64,000 bases of DNA from Octopus sinensis (GCF_006345805.1 NC_043001.1:61008001-61072000); one strand, 5' to 3'. Shown: positions 13,801 through 26,994, numbered from the stretch's first letter. A program made the numbers and translations. Notes: a model not told the origin generated them from the sequence alone.

Positions 13801-15007
13801 TCACTTTACTTCAAGACATTTATTGAACTCAGTTTAAAGAATTAATTCTTTTAATAATAATTTGCTTCCATATGGATGTGATTAGAAATTCGAAAAAGAA
13901 TGTATGACAAAAAATACTGGAAACCTAGAGAATAATTGCCCTAGCGGAGAATGTAAATTTTCATCAGGATAAATATTATCTATCTCTCTTTTATCTCTCT
14001 CTTCTATCTTTCTTCTTTTCAAAGAAAATATTTCTTCCAGCGTTCACTATTTTACCCTCGTTCTAAGAACACTCAAAGTTTGAGTTCGTTCGTTTCCACT
14101 GTCCATTTTTTACCCTCCCAAAAATCCAAAATATATTTTGTAAGTCATGGGAGCAACTGTCTTAGAAGATTCATATTGTCGTCGAATGCTTGAAATGAGG
14201 AGGAGATATACAGCCGATAACTGATGAAGGGTTTTTTGTTACTTATCCTGTTTTCAATTTTTTCTCTCGTTGTTTGCGTAGTTAAGTCGCGTGTTTTTTC
14301 ACATCCATAATCTCATTTAACAGTTATTTAAACATCTTTACAGATGGTTACCTGTGCTTCGATTGCCACGACTGAACACTATTTGATACCATCATGGTCG
14401 ATGCATTTTCCTCAGGCTTCCTGCCTTCTGCCGTTTCTAAGTAATACTGGAGAAATTAACAAAATGAATTAATAAAGTGTTTTGTTGGAGGTACGGGTGC
14501 CACTGTTAGTAGTTGTTATAATCTTGACCTAGTGTTCACCCCTACTAAATGTGGTTGGTGAAGTGAAACAACTCCGAAAAATTGGTCAAGTTTATGTGAA
14601 TTTACCATTCATATTAAAAGTTTACTATTCTGCTAATTTTGCTCTTGGATTCTCCATTGTTACTATGATATTTTTATTGTTAAATAAAGTGTAGTATGTT
14701 ATATAAACTGTTTAAATGTAAATTTACTCGTATGAAGGCATCTTAGAATACATTCCTGCTTTGTGTTTATTAGATTAAATTTGGAATTGAAAATATGGTA
14801 CGTTTCTTCTACGCGAAGTTCGCATCTCTTTCGTCCTTTTCTATAAGGTTTAGTGTTATTAATAATATCCCTGCATATCGAATATATTTTATTACTATCT
14901 TTCAGCGAACGAATTAACTTACTCAGGCTATTTTTGTCACTAATTTGTCTATATAATAAGGGAAATAAAACTATGTCAATATCTTAGTATTCTCTGATTG
15001 TTTTAAG

Positions 15008-15454
15008 GACCCATGTCTCAAACATCAACCAATACGTGATGTAAACAAATATATATACGATACAACTATAATATACAAGGACTTTCGTGAACAAGTTACA
15101 AACCAAATCGAAAACTTGATATATTTTCCTTTCCATGATCTTTTCAATACATTATACGAAGAAGGTTTGGTTTTAAAACTTATTCGTGGAAAGTTATGTA
15201 AAATAGCTACTGCTCTAAACGTCTTCGGTATGGAATTACCGATTACATTAGGCCTTAATTCTAAAATGGAGTAGATAATGTGGTTAAAAGAGTACATTTA
15301 TTTTAACGGTAAATCTTTCAGTCATAAAAAGTGTCTAAATCTTTGCGAGGAAGGAAGAACTTCTTTTGTTCCAAATTACTGTGCAGTGAGGTTAATGATG
15401 CTGAGATTTGTATCAAATCTTTGTTATATGCTTGTAAATATAAATTTCATGTAA
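15008..15454 (+). pseudogene. Candidate host exon or pseudogene of unknown family, frame broken by one TAG
   Basis: Frame open from 14969 to TAA 15452-54 except TAG 15272-74; plausible acceptor ttttaag| at 15007; 148 codons from DPCLKHQ to LCYMLVNINFM. Confidence 0.4.
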
Positions 15455-18180
15455 TACATGTTACGTTGTTTATTTAAAATTTCGGTAATATCTGAATAAA
15501 AAATTCTAAACTTTAGTATGTGATTGATTTATTTCAAATATTTACAAGCAAGTAAGTGAATATGTTTTTTTCATATGAAAAGTCTAGCATGTCTGTGTTT
15601 CAAATTCACTGCATACATTACGGCGTGTTAATACTGATTAAATATTCGTATCTTTTTCTAATCAAGAATCACGTCTCGAAAACTGATACAATGATAGGCA
15701 GTATTTATCTTATCTTGACATGAACCTATAAACTTAAAACAAAAGTTCAATTGTAGCAGGTCAGATACTATGACATTTTATATATGTGAGTTTCATAACT
15801 TCACTAACATGACAAGCACAAAATGACAATCGATAAACAGATAGTCGTTAATAAATTGCTCAAATTATAATCGGTTCTATCTACAAGCGCGAATACCAAG
15901 AATATTTATATTGATACATCAATATCATTCTTACTGAAAATTAGCCATTAATGTTGTAATATATCATTTGAGTTTTCGTAATTCAATTAATATCGCTTTC
16001 GTAAAAGGAATTAATGTTAATTAATATGGCATAACACTGGAATAAATTTTCTAATATAGCAACAGAGTTTATTTGACAGAATTACAAAATTGATTCCTGT
16101 AGTATATTGTGATATATTATCATAATTAGCTTTCCAGGGTATAATTTTTTTATATGATGGGTTTCACAAACTAATGTAGATATCGCTACATTTTCTATAA
16201 TTGGCCACGTTTTACCAGCATTTACTTTTCACTTTAATTACTGTATGTGAAAATCTGAAATGAAAGATGCATTTGCCTCATTCTTCTTGGAATGTAAGAA
16301 GAGCAGTCTATAGAAATCTCTGGAGTTAATGGGTTTGTAAATGAATAAATATTTTCTGCAATACGCTGAATTCGAAGAACAGTATTTCTATCAATTTACT
16401 TCATACCTTGGTAATAACTCAAACGAATTTCTACGTAATTTTAGAGATATCTCAGTGAACAAAAGTCCTTCTTAAATAAATCGATATTGCCTTCTGAGTT
16501 TCATATCTCTAGACAATATAGGGCAATGAAAGCGCTCAGAAGTGGGAGGCAGATGGTGCGGGTTTAATTCAGCCCAAGATGTTAAATGCTTTAAAGAATT
16601 CTCTGCAGAATCGTGCATGCTAGCTGATTTGTGCTTCTTGAAAGGCACAAAGCGATATCAATCCGGAGTGATAATCTTAATTTTTTTAAACTGGAAGCAG
16701 GAGAGAGCGCCCTGAATATAGAGTAATATCCTTGTTGAGCATGTCTGATAAATTATACGTAAACATTTAACATTAAATATAATCAGTTTAAAACCAAAGA
16801 GGTTTTGAAAAGATTTAAATCTAATAAATTTTACATTTATTCTTATTTACAGAAACAATGTGTTATACTAGCTGCTTTTCAATTAGGGAAATAATTGAAA
16901 GTTAGGTTCACTTTTTCAGTGAAAGTTAAATAAATATTGCTCCAATATTTAATGGGTAACTTCAATAGTTTTTAAAATCATTCCCTCTCTTAATCTACAA
17001 GCAATTTGTAAACATTATGCAACATTTATATTTGCTAATCAACGTTTCTAACGCATGTCCTGTATTTCCATTATGGTATGCTTTTCCAGTTGTACAGTCA
17101 AAGTTTCTTTGCTTTGCGAATATTCTTACATTTGTTGGTCATCCACTCTGAAGATAACAACATATAATTATATACGTGTATGAGTCCTGTGATCCGAAGA
17201 TACAGTCCACTCAACTTTAAAGCTGTTTTCACTTGTATTTGTCTACAAAATAAAAGGACACCACATAGAGTGAAAGGCAAATCTCTGTCAGAATTTTCAA
17301 GAGAAATCCGTGGAATTATTAGGCATATTTTAGTGTCAACGCCGCCAAGGTTGAAAATGGTCAGTAAATTGCCAATAGCGTTGATGGAGTACCATTTCAG
17401 TGACCAATCCTGTGATCTAAGCATTACTGACTCTCCTCTCTTGGTATATGATGATGTGAAGAAGTAAAACAAATACATCAAGTTAATTGAAGAATATTGA
17501 GAATAAAGTGACACTTGCTATTCTCGGTCTTCGAATTGAGGCCTCTCAATGTAATCACGTTTTCATGAATTTTATTCAGTTTCATCTGTTAGTTGATCAC
17601 CCACGCAGCATCTTCTTTTTTTATGTTAGAATATATCTTGCAACCTTCTGTTGTTGATGTTCGTAGAGTGCTGGTAAACTGAATAATCAAATTGAATCAG
17701 TTATTCCTTGAAATTCATTATTAAGAAGTGTATGGGTGAAATCATAGTGTCATCGGGGAAAACGTGTGCCAGTTTTAACAATATTTCGAAGGTTACCTTT
17801 GCAAATGGTGGCATTAATTTAACCGATTAAATACAGAAAGATCATTTTTGTTCAGACACAAAATGAATCATTTTCATGGATACTTCAATTACTGAACTTC
17901 ATTGAGCGCTAGAGACGACTGGCAGACTTTGTCGAAAAGCCTTCGGGGAAGCCTCTAATATTTTTCTGCAAAGAAGTTGCTCTACGTTCATTACATACTG
18001 ATGCATACGATTTAATCCTTCGAGGTTGTTAAGTAACACATTGGTGCTTCGCAATGCACATGCAGCTGAGTAACATGCATATGCTTATCTTCAAAATAGT
18101 TGCTCCGACTCAGTGAAGAAGCAATAATGTGAAATAGATGAATTCGCCAATTCAAGGATAGTTAGTGTATAATACTACCG

Positions 18181-18246
18181 ATGGCATTTCTTTTCGTTGT
18201 ATTCTCATTATTTGCCAAATCTATGGCGGTCTCGTATATATTCGAG
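18181..18246 (+). CDS. Possible signal-peptide first exon
   Basis: ATG...MAFLFVVFSLFAKSMAVSYIFE ending GAG|GTAAGT, a consensus donor in phase 0; no downstream exon found. Confidence 0.25.
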
Positions 18247-18894
18247 GTAAGTTATTATTTAAGCTTGTTGAATATTTTCTGTCGTTTCCATTAAAAAATT
18301 CTTTGTCAATTGATCGGAAATTGCAGCATTTAATACTGAAGCAAACTACGTATTCTTGAAGTAACTAAGGATTACTTATCCCAGAGTTCTTGTTTTCAAC
18401 ACCGACATTAACAATATGGCGGTATCTAGTAAATGCAACCGGAGTCGCCACTAAATGATTATGAAGGTAACTTGTCCACGTTATTTTCTGTGGCTTCAAT
18501 TTAATACGCAGAGCAAATCGTATTCTGCTCGCCACTACGCTTCCTATATCATGTGCAGCTTTAACAACAAATAAAGACCAGCTGTGTGTGCATTATCTGG
18601 ATAAGGAATTTTAACGATCATATATTTGTCTCCTTTGTCCTGTGTTATGAAAAAATCAGTTAATACATATATTTATTTATTTATTTACTTTAAGAACCTG
18701 AAATGTGTGCACATGAGACATTAGATTTCATAGAACATCAAATATGTAATTTTGTAAGATTTGCTCCAGCATCAGAACTAAAATTCTTGAAGCTTTATCA
18801 GGACGATCAGCTGGCATTTGGTCTTTATTGAGTTCATTTCAAGTTCCATGACACTATTGTTTTTTGTAAGAATTTAATCCAAACGCATGCACCT

Positions 18895-19250
18895 ACATAC
18901 ATTGATTTCAAATTTGGAAGCAGGACTAGCAGGTTCGAAGGTTGGTGTGAGTCGTTTCATTCAACCTCAGTGTTCAACTGATACTCATTTTATCGATACC
19001 GAAAGGATGAAACGAATGTTGACCTCGGTCCACATACAAGAAGCAAACTGTTTTTTTTTATATATTTTACTTGTTTCAATTATTAGACTCCGGCCATGCT
19101 GGGGCACCACCTTGAAGAGTTTTTTTCTTTCGCCAAGCCTGGTACTTAATCTGTCTGATCACTTTTGCCGAATCGCTAGATTACGGTGACGCAAACATAC
19201 CAACACTGGTTGTCAAGCCATGATGGGGGACGAAGACAGACACAAAGACA
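18895..19250 (+). mobile_element. SINE-like repeat fragments
   Basis: TACTCATTTTATCGATACCGAAAGGATGAAA core, related to 24490-24612 (-), and a 3' part ending in a (CA)n tail; family recognised from memory only. Confidence 0.6.
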
Positions 19251-19305
19251 CGCACGCACACATACACACACACACATACACACACGCAGACACACATACA
19301 CACGC

Positions 19306-19344
<39 letters not shown>

Positions 19345-20373
19345 GAGGGGTTGGACAAAAGAATGGAAACACCTTAAAATTTCAAACAAATTTACCTTAA
19401 TGTGGGGTAGGACCGCATTCGGCAGTAATTACAGCTTGAATTCTACGAGGTATGGACTTGTACAAAGTTTCCATTATTTCCAAGGGAATTTTTGTCCATA
19501 CGTCAGCTAAAACAGTCTCCAGTTCTTGTCGTGATGATGGTGGAGGATATCATTTCCTTACTTGGTTTTCTAAAATGCACCATAAATATTCAATGATACT
19601 GAGATCTGGGGACTCTACTGGCCAGATAAGATGTGCAGCCTCGCTAGAATGTTCCTCGTGCCATTCAGAAACAACTTTAACTGTGTGAATTGAAGCATTA
19701 TCATCCTGACAGTTCTGCAAACATAGGATAAATTTGAGCAGATAAAATGGTTAAATAGTCTTGACTATTAATTCTGCCATGAATGGAAACCATTGCGCCG
19801 GCGAATTTCCAAGATATGCCCCTCCAGTTCATCACACATCCCCCTACATGTTTAACAGTTAAAAAAAGCCAGTCTGGGTCAAGTGCTACTTTTAGCTGTC
19901 ATCACACGTATACTGGGCCGCTGGTCGGAAATAAGGTAAAGGATCACTCGTCTGAGAAAATAACATTCTTCCACTGCTCTAGGGACCAATTCTGTAGGTT
20001 TTTACTCCACTCGAAACGCTTTGTAACGTTTGTTGTTGAATGTAGTGGTTTTCTGTTTGCAGCCCTAACGTGAAATCCAGCTTTGTGCGGCTCCCGGCGA
20101 ACAGTTTTTGTGGAAACTGTGTTCCCGAGGTAGTCATTAAGCTCTGCATTAATTTTGGGAGCTGTAATTTCGGGAATCTTTCTAACAATTCGCGTAAGAG
20201 TCCGACCGTCCCAATCTGAAAGTTTGGGGTTTCTTCCGGAGTTTTGTTTAGACGAGGAGATTTTCCCTCTTTCTCAAAGGCTGTATTTACTTTCAAGACA
20301 GTACTTCTTGATAGAGCAAACATTTCAGGTGTTTTCGTTACGCTAGCGTTTCCGTTATTTTGTTCAACCCCTG
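19345..20373 (-). mobile_element. Defective Tc1-like DNA transposon with DD36E spacing
   Basis: Imperfect TIRs (C/G)AGGGGTTG(G/A)ACAAAA with TA on both sides (19343-44, 20374-75); transposase remnants VIFSDE, QDDNASIHT, SPDLSIIE, SIPRRIQAVI; start of the ORF deleted. Confidence 0.92.
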
Positions 20374-20374
20374 T

Positions 20375-20437
<63 letters not shown>

Positions 20438-20492
20438 CAATTGAGGGTAAAATTAATTAATTAATCAATTTCACCAATTTTATATATATATA

Positions 20493-20547
<55 letters not shown>

Positions 20548-20556
20548 TATATATAT

Positions 20557-21304
20557 ATTAAACAGTAGACGAAACGGTGCATCGTATAAGAAATTACAGG
20601 GTAAATGTTTTTTAATTTTCTCCTGGTTTACGGAATTGATGTTATTTTGCGGTTAAAGCTTTTGGCTGTTATTTCTAGTGGGTGAATGGCCTATTATGGC
20701 CGTTCCTTGATTGTGATGTTGAACTTAAAAATGGTCTATGACTATTTAATTTTTTCCCACTAGGCCGCTGGTGGCAAAAAAATTCTACAAAATTTTTTTG
20801 CCACCCTATATTGATTAATTATGAATTTTCTGGTTAATTCCGTAATGGAATCGGCGGCTTATATTTATTTGCTGCCGATAAATTTGGCGCGAGTGCGATG
20901 ATTTGAAAATTTTAGGTCAGATATTGCCGAGGCAGGGACGGGAATGCCTCGTGAAAAATATCTGTTCCGACTTGGCTATTTCTTACTGATGAATCTAAGG
21001 GCCTATGGTAGATTGGCTTGATTTAATTTAATCAGGTTAGTTTACCATTAAACAGTAGACGAAACGGTGCATCGTATAAGAAATTACAGGGTAAATGTTT
21101 TTTAATTTTCTCCTGGTTTACGGAATTGATGTTATTTTGCGGTTAAAGCTTTTGGCTGTTATTTCTAGTGGGTGAATGGCCTATTATGGCCGTTCCTTGA
21201 TTGTGATGTTGAACTTAAAAATGGTCTATGACTATTTAATTTTTTCCCACTAGGCCGCTGGTGGCAAAAAAATTCTACAAAATTTTTTTGCCACCCTATA
21301 TTGA

Positions 21305-21310
<6 letters not shown>
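20557..21310 (+). mobile_element. 490-bp tandem repeat (~1.5 units), retrozyme-like non-autonomous element
   Basis: 20557-20820 is identical by eye to 21047-21310 (period 490); the unit contains a hammerhead and several hairpins; flanked by (TA)n. Confidence 0.8.
20978..21084 (+). ncRNA. Type I hammerhead ribozyme
   Basis: Stem I ATTTCTTA (20978-85)/TAAGAAAT (21077-84) perfect 8 bp; CTGATGA 20986-92; stem II TCTA/TAGA with a long insert; GAAAC 21061-65; stem III GGTGCATC; GTA triplet 21074-76. One deviation: A.C rather than G-C at 10.1/11.1. Confidence 0.8.
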
Positions 21311-21395
<85 letters not shown>

Positions 21396-21423
21396 ATGTA
21401 TATATATGTATATATATATATAA

Positions 21424-21505
21424 AGAGACGGGTTTCTTTCAGTTTCCGTCTACCAACTCCACTAACAAGACTTTGGTCGGCCCGAAACTTTAGTAGAAGG
21501 CACTA
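21424..21505 (-). mobile_element. SINE 3' fragment
   Basis: Reverse complement matches the GGTAGA(C/T)GGAAACTGAAAGA..CCCGTC tail of the SINE at 45838-45985. Confidence 0.75.
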
Positions 21506-22525
21506 ACCTTGTAGGTTTCTATTTGCGTAAAAGATAAGTACATAACGTTGAGGTTTCAGGTTCTTTTGTTCTTTTGTTCAAACTATTACAGCTTTGACTC
21601 AAAATCATCGTTTATGCATCTAAATAAAACAAATAATACTAGTCATATAATATTACTGTTTCAATATGCAATACATATATTACGTAAATAGTTGTATAAT
21701 ATTATAATTATAATGGACGTTGGAACATTTTTTGATGGTTTATTTTAATGCGATATCCAACAAATAGACAATGCCATTTATACGGGAAAATTACAAATAA
21801 AACTAGACAAAATATCTATAAACATAGTATGATTATATATTAGAATTTTTAGAAACAATTAAAATTAAAATAATCGAAACTTAGGAAAGAAAAACTAAAA
21901 CATAAAATCCCCAAAACACGCATACGCACAGACATACAAACAGATAGATAGATATTATATGGAGAGAGACAGGGAGAGAGAGAGAGACAGGGAGAGACAC
22001 AGGGAGAGAGAGAGGAAAAGAGAGAGGGAGAGTTATATAAGTATACACACATAGACGGTCGTAGATATAAACGCAAACGCATATGCACATAAATATAATG
22101 ATACAAAGGTGCAATAAACAAGCATAACTCTATAAGCACAAATAGATATTTACACACAACTAGCCATAAATTTCTATGGTCAAATTATATATGCTGGTAG
22201 ACGTAACTAGCCAAGCCATCGACCGACTGGGAAGTCACTATTGACGAGGCCGGCAGAACAGACTAATCTAGGTCTAGTGAGGTGATTATAAACACGAGCA
22301 TGGGGTTGTATCTTCCCCTGCTAGTGTATATATATTGCGCTCTCCTTTGGGCATGAAGTGGCTTTTAACTGTTATTTCAAGCATTGTAGTTTTTTTGGCA
22401 TACTTAATCAACTTAGTGAAGACAACATTTTTCCTTTATGATATAACATTTCGCCTCGTTGCTTATATTAATTTTTAGTTTACGCATTAGCATTTCGCTA
22501 AATCAGCCACAAATTTATAAGGTAA

Positions 22526-22570
<45 letters not shown>

Positions 22571-23648
22571 GCACGCACACACGCACATAGACACATACGT
22601 ATGTGAATTTATGTATACATATATTTATATATATCAGCTTAAACAGTTATTCATACAGAGATGGTAAACATATACGAAAATACAATTACATAAGTCCCCA
22701 TATTTACAGGCAACATTAAGTGGATAGCTAGATATACAGATAACTTTAGAATAACTCTTATTATCTTGCCAAATTAGGATTATAAATATAATGATATCCC
22801 GTACTAAGTACATGGAATATACAGTAGATCATAATTCAAGAGAACATGTAGACCATATCTAAAAGACATTACGTATTAATGCAAATTATTTCCTTCTTAA
22901 AATCACATTAGAAAACCAACTGATAAAATAATGTATTAGGATATTAGAATATTCAACGCTAAAAAACAAAGGAGAGAATATACAAGTATTTCTTTACTTT
23001 TAGCGTGATGTAAGAATGCGTCGGAAGATAAACATTATTACTAGTTATCAGATAACATACTAACACTCAAGTAGATACAATATTTAGAATTTGACATAAA
23101 GGCGCGGAATAATTGATTAAGCAATCAGTTGAACGACGTAAAAAGAATGTATCACTTTTGACGTATGGAATCACTGGATGAAAATTCTATTAATGTCTAA
23201 AACCTCATTTACAATATTATTAATTCAAAATGTTTTCAGACAGATACATTTCAATACATTTAAGACAATAAGTATATGTATATCTAGTGAAGAAATTAGC
23301 AGATGATAATACGAGTATTATGTATACATCTCTGTGTATGTGTGTGTGCGTGTGGTGCATCCGTGTGTGTATGTATGTACATGTGTATGTAAGTAAGTGT
23401 GTATGTATACGGGTTTTTGTGTATGAGATTATAGTAGTTCTTCATGACGATACCTTTTCGGTTACAAATGTGTTCTTTTATCATTCCCTTTAACAATTCC
23501 CTGTACAATTTCTGACCCAGATTTCAAACAGTATTTTATGAATCAGCACGAGTAGCCAGTAATACTTGATAAAACTGTTGTCAGCTGTATGGTTACAAGT
23601 ATTTGTCAATTTATATCTTCCACGTCTCAATAACCCCACTACTGCTAC

Positions 23649-23733
<85 letters not shown>

Positions 23734-23845
23734 GTGTTATCTATATTAAGAGTTACCTTATTACTGATGCAATTATATTTTCATTTTAATTATTTTGTGT
23801 TTTGTTTTTGTTTATATTTCTTTTCTTTGTTACAATTATGTTTAG

Positions 23846-23917
23846 CCTGAGCGTCGTATCTTTTTCGACTTTCCTCTTTGTCCTGAGCGTCGTATCTTTT
23901 TCGACTTCCCTCTTTGT
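23846..23917. repeat. 36-bp tandem duplication
   Basis: CCTGAGCGTCGTATCTTTTTCGACTT(T/C)CCTCTTTGT twice. Confidence 0.95.
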
Positions 23918-24489
23918 TCTCTGTGTATTGTTACATATTCCTCCCACTCTCTCTATCACTTTCTCAATCGTTTTACTCCTTTTTCTCTTGATTCTTATTC
24001 CGTTTCTTTATTCTCTTCTATGTACAGGAGCGAGCGCAATTTAGAAATTGTATTTCCAAAAATCCTTGAAAAGTGATTCTCAACATCTGAATATAATTGT
24101 ATACGTATATAAACGTGCCCATATGTAGGAATAAATTATTATTTGAACTGTCACCGATAGCCTTTACTATATTTTCCAAAGTATTTTGCTCTCTGCATAT
24201 GTTACAACCGTTTCCACGTAATAATGTACAGTGAATATGGTATTTTATTGATGTTTCCTTTGATGTTATCTATAGAGATCTTATGCTTATGGCTATTTTT
24301 CGTGTATATTTCCCTTATAAATGGCATTTAGTGAGAATCATTTACACAATTATAAAGGAATATTTTAAGTGGAATAAATTTAAAACAGCTTTCCTATAAA
24401 TAAAGTTAGTATGCTTAGAGTGAGATTTGTACTTAAGGCAGTGAGCCCTGAGAATCGTTACCGCGCCGGACAAAATTCTAGTATTTCTG

Positions 24490-24612
24490 CAGGTTTATAT
24501 GCTCTTAGTTCAAATGCCACTAAGGTTGACAGCGATAAAATAAGTACCATTTGGATGCCGGGCTCGATGTTAATCAATTTCCACTTCCCGTAAAATGGCT
24601 GGCCTCGTACAC
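24490..24612 (-). mobile_element. SINE-like fragment
   Basis: Minus strand GGTACTTATTTTATCG core related to 18895-19040. Confidence 0.6.
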
Positions 24613-26994
24613 ACGGTAGAAAGTATTATGTGTATTGTATATATGCAGATATCCCATTCACATGTATTTAGTAAATGCAATTCAACTAATACACATAATT
24701 TAATAACTAAAAAAAATAATTCAAGTAATCCCACTTAGCTTATTTTTATTATTATACAAATTTTACAGACATAATATTATTCATAACAGTTTTCAATATG
24801 TAACATTCTTTCTCACCTTATCAATTTTTCAGTTATTTTTACTACATAAATAGGATCTTACAAATACTAATATGTATGTCAGTATTTGTAAATTCTCTGC
24901 AAACATCGGGGTCCCTTTTCCAATACATTTCAATTAAGTATAAGGTATTCTTTCCTCATTAAAATTGCCTTACCCATGTTTTATAAACTCTAACTTTTAA
25001 GTATTTTGTTTAATTCTACAAACTGAAATTTCAACGGCCTACGAATGTTTTTGTGAATGATTATTTGAGCATCATTTCTCCATTTAGTTGAGTTCGTGCA
25101 TTTGACTGAAGTATGTTATTTTCTCTAGTGTATATGTCATCATTATGTAAATGGTTATGAAAAGTTGGTCGTAGCTAATTATTGCTAAATGTTGAATCGG
25201 GTGATCTCGTATAGACTGAAATACGTCCATTATATGTGCCTTGCTTTTAAAGGCAATCCAAGCTTTCATTTCTTCAAAATCTATATAAAACCTGAGACCT
25301 TGCTGTTTATATCTAAGAGTGAGATTTTAATTAACTGAGAAACATTTCCGCGCGAATAAAGTAGATCATCCCAACATATTTCATTAATACATAGAAATGT
25401 TGTTTTTTATACATTCTTTGTATTAATTCAGGAATTAATAGTTAAAATAATTTTCATTCTAAGTCAACTAAATATAATTAAGCGATGGCTACTCACTACA
25501 CTTTTATATTCTTTTGTCAACTTATGACTGTAAACTACTAGAAATAGTTGGTGGTATAATCGAATTTGTTATTCTAGTTGAATATATATAACCGAAATGT
25601 AATAGTGTAGACATGCCTCCGTAGAAATGTAACCTTATATGCACTGCTACTTTTGATCAATAATAATCATTTCGCTCATTTGATTTCTTGATACTTCTAG
25701 ACATCAATCTTCCCTCTGTTGTTGAATGAAGCTTCATAGCATTAACATTATATCACCTGTTCTCTTGTTTTTCTGAAAGAGTGTACCCACCATCGAGTAC
25801 TTTAAGTAGAGGATGTCTTCAACAATTTTATAAAGTAGCTATTGCTCTTAGATACAAAGGTTTCCCAAATTGGCAAGTATGCTTGTGTAATTATTTTCTC
25901 GAGAAGGGCTGAATATTATTCAACAATCCCTAGTACAATGTCGATAACAGGAATAAAAATCACACTTGTACTTGAAGTATTAACTAAGATTATGAGGAAG
26001 CAAGAAGATCTTTTCATATCAAGGAGGCAGGAATCGAATGCTGTGATTTTTTAAAATATTATACTTTGTAAATGAGTGCTGCACATTCGCTTTTTAATAT
26101 TGTACTACTAAGATATGTTTAGATATGTAAAGTTGAAGTAACTGTGAAGTTAATGTTTTCAGTTTTGACATATCTTTCGAGTGTTCACAGAGTTTATTGG
26201 TCAGAATAATGCTTCTTTATTTTTGAGGCTTAATATTTTGAAACAAAATTGCAAAACGCTGCTAAGAACATATGCATGATCCGTTCCCCTGCTACCTGAC
26301 GTGGGAATCAGTATAAAAAAATGGCTGCATCAAAAGACAGAAATCTGCTTAGGTTACAATAAACGTCGCTGTTTAGTACAATATGCTACAGTAAAAGCGC
26401 ACAGGTTTTTCCGGAATGATGAAATTGACATTACTCCAGTACTCAGTGGTCTACTGTGGAGACGCACTCTCGATATAAACGATACGCATATAGGTGCTAT
26501 TGACCGGGCTTATATGGATCAGTAAATGCTTAAATAAAATCAACATACATCATATGCAAGGATTTGGTATCTTCTGTATATAATATATATATGTATATAT
26601 ATGTACGGGGTGAGAGAGGGGGGAGAAAGAAGGTATAAAATATCAGATATAAAATATCTGTCAAATTGGTGTATCTGAAAATATTTGCTAACACAACGTT
26701 ATTAACACAAACCTGCTTAAATTCAAAGCGAACTGAAATAATATCTACAAGCGAGACCTGTGGAAATTCTACAGTCAAAGCACATTCGAAAACATTAAGT
26801 GAGTATATTAAGCACAAACAAGGAGTTTCGAAAAATTCTTTTGATATCAGGCCATTTAATCAAAACGGTGTTTTTAAATATACCTTAAATGAATTTCGAA
26901 TGTATTGATTATTCACCTTCTTATAATACGTTTGACAAATATTATGACAAATATTTCATAGTTCACGGAAAAAATGAATTAAAAAGATAAAACT

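Noticed and set aside
13925-14260. CTGATGA words at ~13961 (-) and ~14218 (+)
   Set aside because: No matching stem II-GAAA-NUH arrangement found; at most decayed PLE termini.
17098-17514. Overlapping 138-aa (-) and 95-aa (+) ORFs
   Set aside because: No recognisable domain or convincing splice sites; kept only as unexplained.
25200-25980. Possible further Helitron helicase remnants
   Set aside because: Too degraded to support by eye.
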